The position numbers and the translations under genes were made by a program. A DNA stretch of 64,000 nucleotides from Macrostomum lignano. Its lineage: Eukaryota. Numbering within the stretch: the first letter of the stretch is position 1; every line of letters begins with the position of its first letter. The DNA lies in the NCBI GenBank assembly GCA_002269645.1, contig NIVC01000765.1:1-64000 (forward strand). Reading direction: 5' to 3'. The notes beneath the pieces are model-generated. The model was not told the DNA's origin. It saw only the letters and a program-made list of their open reading frames with translations, and did not search any database. Positions 54,211 through 64,000 of the stretch are shown here, one piece after another.

Positions 54211-57157
54211 ATTATCTAATTTTATTACTTTTATTAATGTCTATCCAAAATATTATCCAAAATAAATATACTTCTTAATAAAAATCAAAGAAACTTTATC
54301 TATACGAATAAAAATTGCATTTGAATATTTACATAATGTTTATAGACTTTAGTTATGGTTTTCCTTTTTACAGCTATGGTTTTCACCCCAAATACCCTAT
54401 GATTAAGAATTAAGAACTTGTTGGCAACCTTTTTCTGTTGGTAACAGGAATATGTGTATTAATGTCATATATTACATTCCAAAGTGAATTTGATTTCAGA
54501 TAATTTCATGGAGTCAATTGTCTATTTTATAGAAAAAAGAATTGGTAAAATTGTGATATGGTATTATAATTTAAGGTAAAAGAAACAAAATATAATGACT
54601 AAAAGAAAAAGTATGTTTTTTGCTACATTTAATAACTAACTTGGAATAAATTTTAGACTTTAAAATTTAAATATTTGTGTGCCATTATTGGTTTCAAGAA
54701 AACATGCTTTTATGACATTGTATCATATAAAGTGTTATAAAAAATCTATGGTTTTCAGAAAAAACAAAAAAAACATTTTTTGTTATGAGTATATAAAAAG
54801 TACCTAAAAATATATTTTCCAAGTTGAAATTTTTAATTTATGTGTTTCTATGCTGGTTACAAGAAAAGAATGTTTTTTTCTTTTATTGTTTTTTAATAAA
54901 TCATTATAAAATGTGAAAAAATATGTCTTTGTTGTAAACAAAGTAAAGATGGTCTCTGGATGTTTTTACCCTGGCTGCCTCTCTGGCAGCATTTCTTAGG
55001 TTATGTGCAATCCAATTGGCCTAGCTCCTGCTAACCCAATTTTCTAAGGGTCCACCCTGGAGGGGTTTTGCCTATTCTAAAAATAACCCTGTTCATTTCT
55101 ATCTAATCAATTTGGTCCTTGGCCTTGGGTTAGGGGGGTGTACCTGGAGTGAGTCGGAGATCTGGACTGCAGTGTGGCTAGAATGGGACTTGAGCTGCCT
55201 GGTCACCCACCCTGCAAGAAAGATGACCATTCACAAAGGTGTACAGTAAAGCCCAGTTGATGCCAGCCCTGAGGCTGAGCCCCAGGTTTAGGGTTCAGGT
55301 GCTCCTCCCCCAATTAAATTCCCTGGTGCACCTTCCAAAAATTGGAGTTTTAAGCTCTGCCCTCCTTGCCTGGTCTATTTTGCTCTGTCCTTGGTCTATC
55401 TGTTGTCTCCTCCGGCTGTCTCCCTACCCTTGTGTCTCGGCTTTTATCCTGACAGTGGACTGGAGTCCTGGGGTTGATGTTTGTCCCGAATTGGGGAAAA
55501 CTAGCTGAGTCCAGTTTCCTCTTGCCCCTTGTGCCCCTCTCCACCCCCTTGGCCTGGCCTCTAATGTAGAGCTAGATAGGTGATACCCTTGTGGCTTGCA
55601 GCCCTATAGGTAGTTGCAATGTCCTGCCTAATAAGAGACTTGCCCTTGGAAACAAGCCTTCCAGACTCATTCTAATATTAAGCCATTTCCAAGACTTCAG
55701 GGTCTCCCTGCTCTCGGACTGCTTCTCAGTAATAACCCAAGCATTTTTCATTCCAATTCTTTTTTTGTGCACTCCTAGGATTTGTCTGCTGGGTGGTGGC
55801 TTAGGTGGACTCAGTCCTAGCATTGTCCCTGATTCCACTTTTGGGTTGGCAGTGTCTTAGTCCATAGGTTTGGGTTGGCAGATTCCCCTGGCCCAGATGT
55901 CAAGGTCCAATCTTGGGGTATCTTGGGCTATATGCCCTTGGTAGTGCCCCTCAGTGGCAGAGCCCCTCCCAGGGCTGATCTGTGGGTAGCCCCCAGCTTC
56001 CCACCCTCATTTAACAAAAAAATCATTTAAAAATATTTAAGTTGGCTAGCTAAATGTACATTTTCTAGCTGATACATGCATGTATGACAACTCTATGGTG
56101 GTTAGAAGACTTTTTCTATTGTGGTACAAAATATCATCTTTTCATTGGTCTGTGTTCAATGGGAGAATGATAGTCCATAAAATGACCCATAAACATAAAT
56201 ATTCTCTTATACTTTAACAAATTAGAGGACAATAGTGTTTCATATTCCAAGGCATACTTAGCTTGAAAATTCTAGGCAAATCAAAACACAAATGTCAAAG
56301 AGTAAGAGTAACATCCCAAATTGGTATATAATTATACAACACTGGTTGTATTTTGAAAGCATATTAAATTAGGTAATTTCTTAATGAGAATTAATCTTCA
56401 ATAAAATAAAAATGTTTACTTATAACTTGCCATTAAGATAAATCTCATCATTTTTTGCAATGGGTGTCATGATTGCACATATGTTGGGAAGAAATTTTCA
56501 ATTTTTGTAAAGCAAGTTATTGCTTTAATGTTGTGAGATGATTAGATATTTTTTAACAACTGAAGCATTAGGCACATTTTTTAATCAGTAAGAAAAAACT
56601 ACAGCCAAAAAGTTGCTTTTAAAAATACTAAGTAGAAGAAGCAAAACAGTTGTTTAAATTTATGCGTGTTTTCATTTTAAGAATGACCCAATTCAAAGAA
56701 TTTAACCTGTTTACAAATCACAATTGGAACATAGGCCTATTATTTCTGCTTGGTTATTATGCTTTTTAAAGTCTATACTAGATTGTTTAGACTCCTATAG
56801 TCCTATAGTGTTTGTAGAGTCTAAAGCTATAATATAGTTATAATCTGTTTGTATAAAAGTATTTAGTTATATTAACCCTAATTAATTTATATTTCAAACA
56901 CAATATGTTTAAAAAATTTTATTTCTATGCTCTTAGTTTTAAATGTAGGCCTTAGTATTATTATTAAATTATTATTACTAAATGTACTTGCTTAGGACAA
57001 GTAAAAATGACTTACCTTAAATGGTTTTTCTTTTTTTATGCACTAATTTTTTCTGTTTGTTGTTGCTTTTTTTCTAATTGTATAATGGCTTATTTTGATA
57101 TAAGGAAAACAAGTTTTTATTTAATGTATAGGCCTATAACAAATATTTATTTATAAA

Positions 57158-57328
57158 CCTACATGCATAACCTTGGGAATCACTTGGCCATTTCTATTGG
57201 CAACATACACATGTAAGTTGCTATTGGCTGAGAGCAGTCATGTGACTACTATTCCGTCCAATAGTGACTCACATGTGTGTGTTGCCAATAGAAAAATTGG
57301 GTGAATCCCTAAGTTGCGCCTAAGCATG
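57158..57328. mobile_element. 171-bp hairpin MITE, copy 2, opposite orientation
   Basis: 8-bp TSD TTTATAAA (57150-57157, 57329-57336); alignable to copy 1 throughout. Confidence 0.85.
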
Positions 57329-58611
57329 TTTATAAATATATTATCTATTTATTTAGTCATTAGTTAATTAAGCTGATAATTGATATTTGCTTATAATTAA
57401 TATCAATAAAAACCATTTTTGTTAACAAAAAAGAGAAACAATAAGAAAAAATGTTTTGTATTCAATTTGCTTTTTTCTTTAAGACCCAATAAGTAGGCAA
57501 CAAGTATAGTAGATAGATAATTTTGGCTTATCCTATAAAAGTCTATCATTACTAGCATCATATATGCATAACTACTGGCCAATCTGGCCTCTATAAATTG
57601 TAGTAAACCAGGGATAAGTCACAAAAATGCCCACTCAAAAGAGTAGACAATACTAATTAGGTGATAAAGCATTTAGCATTAATAAGATAGTTATAGTTAC
57701 TTTTGCCATTGCATTAGTTTTTGCTTCAGGGTTTCTTCATAGGTAAGTTGCATTTTTGGTCAAAAATTAAGTCGCATGGCCAGTATAAATCATGGGCTTG
57801 TGTATATATGACTAGCATATTTTCCTTTCAAAGAAAAGCTATATTGTCTTGGAGCAGAATGGGACTAGCCTCATGCAATATAGGCCTGTTATCATAAATC
57901 AATAAAACTTCACAAGTATAAATAGGTATAGGCTAATCGAACAGAAGGTCATACATGTCTAATAAGGTAAATATGCATCACTATTAGCTGGCTAATAGAC
58001 CTAATGGCCTTCTATGATCATGGGGAGTCTAGCTTATACTATAAAGCACTTTGATGCTTTAGCTTAGCCTTCTATAAGTGCCTAATTTTTATTTATAGGC
58101 AATAACCTATTGATGAATTGTGAACTAGTTATGGGATATTCTAATAGCATTACATAGCTATCATATGGTCAGGTGTCAGTCTTGCAACAGCTTTTTCTAC
58201 CTATCTCTCTAATTTATACATTTGAATACTATTTGGTTTTCCATTGCATAGCTTGTCTTCTAGGTCATCCTTGCCTTTACAAATATACATGACCCAGTGC
58301 CAACTGGTCTCATAGCTTAGGCACAAATCTTAGGCTTAGGTAGCTGAACATAGAATTTCATCTTGCTTGTTTGTCATATTTTGAAAAACTTGCCTGAACA
58401 ATGGATTCATCTATGACTTATGATTAAGCTATCGAAGCTCAAATAGGCTTGGCGAGTGTCGTATTCTATCTTTATATAAGAGACTAAAATCATTAATACG
58501 AGCTAATAAAATATGCTAATAGAATGAGACTAAGCCTTTTTTGATTTGGTATCCAAAACATCTCCCCACGCAACTTCTGCGAGTGGACTAACAAACCAAC
58601 CCAGCCACAGG

Positions 58612-59649
58612 ATGATGTACTTTGAAGACTACATGGAAATGATTGAAGGCCTGCCTCAGGAGGTGCTAGAGAAGCTCACGCAGATCCGGCAGTGCGATTT
58701 AGCCCTAGACAATACTCTGCAACCATTGGGCGCGAGAATCGCCGCCCTGTTTGCTCGCCGTTGTCAACTGGCCGCCAATGCCAACGATTCGAGCGTGCCA
58801 GCTTCTGATGACGCTGACGGCGATCAGGAGTACGCTGACATCTGCGAGGAGTTCGCCAAGGCCAGGGGGCACTCAGATGAGAAGCTTCAACTGGCCAAAC
58901 AGCTACTGGAAACTGTCAGCCGCCTGAGGCGCAAACTCGGCATGGAGGTGGAAAAATTCAAGCTCGAACTCGAGGCCGACCACGCCGGGGTCACCAGCAG
59001 CATCGAGGACCGGCTGCTTCGCGAAGAGGATCTTCGGCATCACCGTCAGCAGCAGAGCCTGGTGTCCGCCGCTGCAGTCACTAACGGCCATCACGACGCT
59101 GCCCTGGCCTCCTTGGTTGGACCGGACTCTCCGGCGAATTCTTCGACAGCCGCTTCCGCTGCTGCCGCCGCCACAATGGCCGTCGCTGGTCACCGCAGAC
59201 CGCACAGTCCGCTATCCAGCGTCGGGAGCTCCTTCGGCGACGTAGCCACGCCTCTGCGCAGAGGCGGCGGCGGTGACGGCGGCGGCCTGAAGCGAAATCG
59301 AACTTCGTTCTTCTCCGGCCTTGAGCAGCCGTCGCTGTCCTCCGAATTCGACCAGTCTGCCGCCGTAGTTGGCGGCGCCTCCTCCGACTCGCTGGTTGCC
59401 GCATTCCTTAGCGACGTCGGGCTTGACGAAGCCGCCGCAGGGGGTGTAGACGGCCTATCTGGCGAGGACAACAGTCGCTACTGTATCTGCCACGACGTCT
59501 CGCACGGCGAGATGATCGCCTGCGAGAATCCCGCCTGCCCGTTTGAATGGTTCCACTTTGCCTGCGTTGGATTGACGGTGGCGCCTAGGGGCTCCTGGTA
59601 CTGTCCGAGGTGCAAGTCGGCCGGGGTGAAACGGCAGCGGCTCAAGTGA
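58612..59649 (+). CDS. ING3: Inhibitor of growth protein 3 (ING domain + C-terminal PHD finger), 345 aa, single coding exon
   Basis: [16 protein letters not shown].., [21 protein letters not shown] (ING3-type), [49 protein letters not shown]; ATG 58612 preferred over the TTG in the ORF track. Confidence 0.92.
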   Translation: MMYFEDYMEMIEGLPQEVLEKLTQIRQCDLALDNTLQPLGARIAALFARRCQLAANANDSSVPASDDADGDQEYADICEEFAKARGHSDEKLQLAKQLLETVSRLRRKLGMEVEKFKLELEADHAGVTSSIEDRLLREEDLRHHRQQQSLVSAAAVTNGHHDAALASLVGPDSPANSSTAASAAAAATMAVAGHRRPHSPLSSVGSSFGDVATPLRRGGGGDGGGLKRNRTSFFSGLEQPSLSSEFDQSAAVVGGASSDSLVAAFLSDVGLDEAAAGGVDGLSGEDNSRYCICHDVSHGEMIACENPACPFEWFHFACVGLTVAPRGSWYCPRCKSAGVKRQRLK

Positions 59650-59744
59650 CCAAGCGGGAAGCTGATTGGCCCAGTGCTTGTATTGTATTTTTAAATAAGT
59701 TAGTCAGTTGCTAATAGGGTGGGGTTTGGACAGACTGGCAGGGC

Positions 59745-60630
<886 letters not shown>

Positions 60631-61297
60631 GAAACTAGGACACACTAAGAGAGACAGCCAGACGAAAAAATTAAGGACTGTCAGACGTGAATATTTACAT
60701 TACAGACAGACAGACAGTGCGACGCACACAAATGTATTCTGTTACAAGCTATATTGTTTTAAATTACTACCAATGAGTATATTGTGGGCATTGAAAAATA
60801 CGAGTATTCAGTGCTTTTATTTGGCTCCGCAAGTTCTGTTGTGTTTTGTGTTAAGTGCATTATTCAGAAACATTGTACTGCAGACGCTGTCTTCACAGTT
60901 GTACTTTGATTAGAACTTGCATACCCTGCTGGCAATCATTGTGCTAATTAATGAATAAGTTAAACTATATAATAATAACATTTTTTGCATTTTTCTCTTA
61001 ATTTGTAGCTAGCTAATGTACTCGTAATCCATATAAGTTGGCTGATTACAACTTCGGTCCTAAAAGTATAAAATCTATTGTAAATTTCATAATTGTAATT
61101 GTATAGCTCTACTGTCTCTATTGTCGCTCATGTTTTTTACTCTGTCTGAACTGAAAGTAAAGTTGAATTTTACGTAATTCGCTAACATGACTACTAATTT
61201 GTCGGCGTTTGTTTACAAAACAATTATCCAAAATTGTTTTTTGAATCTTTTTTATTGAAAATAGGCTTTAGTTAAGCTTAGTTGACCACTGAGAATC

Positions 61298-62832
61298 AAG
61301 CAGTGAATCTCACTCAACCACTGAGAGAATCATCTAGTGAATCTCACTCAACCATTGAGAGAATCATCTAGTGAATCTCACTCAACCATTGAGAGAATCA
61401 TCTAGTGAATCTCACTCAACCATTGAGAGAATCATCTAGTGAATCTCACTCAACCATTGAGAGAATCATCTAGTGAATCTCACTCAACCATTGAGAGAAT
61501 CATCTAGTGAATCTCACTCAACCATTGAGAGAATCATCTAGTGAATCTCACTCAACCATTGAGAGAATCATCTAGTGAATCTCACTCAACCATTGAGAGA
61601 ATCATCTAGTGAATCTCACTCAACCATTGAGAGAATCATCTAGTGAATCTCACTCAACCATTGAGAGAATCATCTAGTGAATCTCACTCAACCATTGAGA
61701 GAATCATCTAGTGAATTTCACTCAACCATTGAGAGAATCATCTAGTGAATCTCACTCAACCATTGAGAGAATCATCTAGTGAATCTCACTCAACCATTGA
61801 GAGAGTCATCCAGTGAATCTCACTCAACCCCAGAGAGAGTCATCCAGTGAATCTCACTCAACCCCAGAGAGAGTCATCCAGTGAATCTCACTCAACCCCG
61901 GAGAGAGTCATCCAGTGAATCTCACTCAACCCCAGAGAGAGTCATCCAGTGAATCTCACTCAACCATTGAGAGAATCATTTAGTGAATCTCACTCAACCA
62001 CTAAGAGAATCATCCAGTGAATCTCACCCAACCACTGAGAATCAAGCAGTGAATCTCACTCAACCATTGAGAGAATCATCCAGTGAATCTCACTCAACCA
62101 TTAAAAGAATCATCTAGTGAATCTCAGTCAACCATTGAGAGAATCATCCAGTGAATCTCACTCAACCATTGAGAGAATCATCCAGTGAATCTCACCCAAC
62201 CCCAGAGAGAGAGTCACCCAGTAAATCTCACTCAACCACTGAGAACCAAGCAGTGAATCTCATCAATCCCTGAGAATCAAGCAGTGAATCTCACTCAACC
62301 ATTGAGAACCAAGCAGTGAATCTCATCAATCTCTGAGAATCAAGCAGTGAATCTCACTCAACCATTGAGAGAATCAAGCAGTGAATCTCACCCAATCCCT
62401 GAGAATCAAGCAGTGAATCTCACCCAATCCCTGAGAATCAAGCAGTGAATCTCACCCAATCCCTGAGAATCAAGCAGTGAATCTCACTTAATCACTGAGA
62501 ATCAAGCAGTGAATCTCACTCAATCACTGAGAATCAAGCAGTGAATCTCACTCAATCCCTGAGAATCAAGCAGTGAATCTCACCCAATCCCTGAGAATCA
62601 AGCAGTGAATCTCACTTAATCACTGAGAATCAAGTAGTGAATCTCACCCAATCCCTGAGAATCAAGCAGTGAATCTCACCCAATCACTGAGAATCAAGCA
62701 GTGAATCTCACTCAATCACTGAGAATCAAGCAGTGAATCTCACCCAATCCCTGAGAATCAAGCAGTGAATCTCACCCAATCCCTGAGAATCAAGCAGTGA
62801 ATCTCACCCAATCCCTGAGAATCAAGCAGTGA
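61298..62832. repeat. Minisatellite shifting from a 34-bp unit (agtgaatctcactcaaccattgagagaatcatct) to a 32-bp unit (agtgaatctcacccaatccctgagaatcaagc)
   Basis: Periods measured at 61334/61368 and 62401/62433. Confidence 0.95.
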
Positions 62833-62858
62833 AGCATATTTATCGCATCTTCTCGCAG

Positions 62859-64000
62859 GCAACGGCGGCCAGTCCAACCGGTGACACCGCCGCGGCGGCT
62901 GTCCCAAACTCTTCGCCGTCGTCTGTACGACAGCGTCGCTCTCCGCAGCACCGCAGTTCTCAGCAGCGTCCCGCCTCGGCCGTTGTTTCTGCGACAAGTC
63001 GACACGGAGGGCCAGACGACGAAGCCTGGCTTGCGCGGCTCTTGGCTGAAGTGGATTTGACCGCCTTTCATCGGCGCATTCGCGAGGATCTGCAGGTTGG
63101 CTGACTGACCTACTGACTGACTGACTGACCTACTGACTGACTGACTGACTGACTGACTGACTGACTGACTGACTGACTAACTGACTGACTGACTGACTGA
63201 CTGACTGACTGACTAACTGACTGACTGACTGACTGACTGACTGACTGACTGACTGACTGACTGACTGACTGACTGACTGACTGACTGACTGACTGACTGA
63301 CTGACTGACTGACTGACTGACTGACTGACTGACTGACTGACTGACTGACTGACTGACTGACTGACTGACTGACTGACTGACTGACTGACTGACTGACTGA
63401 CTGACTGACTGACTGACTGACTGACTGACTGACTGACTGACTGACTGACTGACTGACTGACTGACTGACTGACTGACTGACTGACTGACTGACTGACTGA
63501 CTGACTGACTGACTGACTGACTGACTGACTGACTGACTGACTGACTGACTGACTGACTGACTGACTGACTGACTGACTGACTGACTGACTGACTGACTGA
63601 CTGACTGACTGACTGACTGACTGACTGACTGACTGACTGACTGACTGACTGACTGACTGACTGACTGACTGACTGACTGACTGACTGACTGACTGACTGA
63701 CTGACTGACTGACTGACTGACTGACTGACTGACTGACTGACTGACTGACTGACTGACTGACTGACTGACTGACTGACTGACTGACTGACTGACTGACTGA
63801 CTGACTGACTGACTGACTGACTGACTGACTGACTGACTGACTGACTGACTGACTGACTGACTGACTGACTGACTGACTGACTGACTGACTGACTGACTGA
63901 CTGACTGACTGACTGACTGACAACCGCCGTCGCCCTCCAGGTGACAAAGCTTCGCCATTTCGACTTCGTCAAGTCGGACGATCTCGAACGTCTGGGCCTG
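62859..64000 (+). CDS. TNK2: 5' exons of an ACK/TNK2-family non-receptor tyrosine kinase (SAM domain): 62859-63095 and 63941 to window end
   Basis: Splicing cag|gttggc (63096) to ctccag|gtg (63940), phase 0, gives AWLARLLAEVDLTAFHRRIREDLQVTKLRHFDFVKSDDLERLGL, which aligns with the ACK1 N-terminal SAM ([37 protein letters not shown]); start codon and kinase domain not in view. Confidence 0.85.
63101..63921. repeat. (CTGA)n microsatellite forming almost the whole ACK intron
   Basis: About 200 units between donor 63096 and acceptor 63940. Confidence 0.98.

Noticed and set aside
61298-62832. CRISPR-like 32-34-bp repeats (also the 20-bp and 16-bp arrays)
   Set aside because: Units are contiguous with no unique spacers, there are no cas genes, and the context is eukaryotic

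Overview
Repeat-rich eukaryotic (metazoan, invertebrate-type) genomic DNA. The GC-rich, poly-Ala/Gly coding exons and long (TCTA)n/(CTAA)n/(GACA)n/(CTGA)n arrays resemble a free-living flatworm such as Macrostomum, but that is inference only. The left ~8 kb holds a decayed Polinton/Maverick-like module on the minus strand: a protein-primed family-B DNA polymerase with an endonuclease VII domain, two repeat-containing accessory ORFs, and a Ginger/GIN1-like integrase fragment that appears to be spliced. No capsid, ATPase or protease gene is visible. Next come two tandem intronless GnT-I/MGAT1 (GT13) paralogs with an unusual Lys/Glu/Asp repeat tail. The middle is a dense field of non-autonomous elements whose ends were read by hand: a Mutator-like foldback (9-bp TSD), two solo-LTR-like elements in inverted orientation (one carrying a minimal hammerhead ribozyme), nested TA-flanked MITEs, a hAT-like MITE, a Harbinger-like element, a 3.5-kb Helitron filled with minisatellites, a Sola2-like transposase fossil and a 171-bp hairpin MITE. 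Several long satellites are interspersed. Host genes are a two-exon orphan type-I membrane protein, a low-complexity orphan ORF, an intronless ING3, and the first SAM-domain exons of an ACK/TNK2 kinase at the right edge. Most long ORFs in the supplied track are repeat artefacts.
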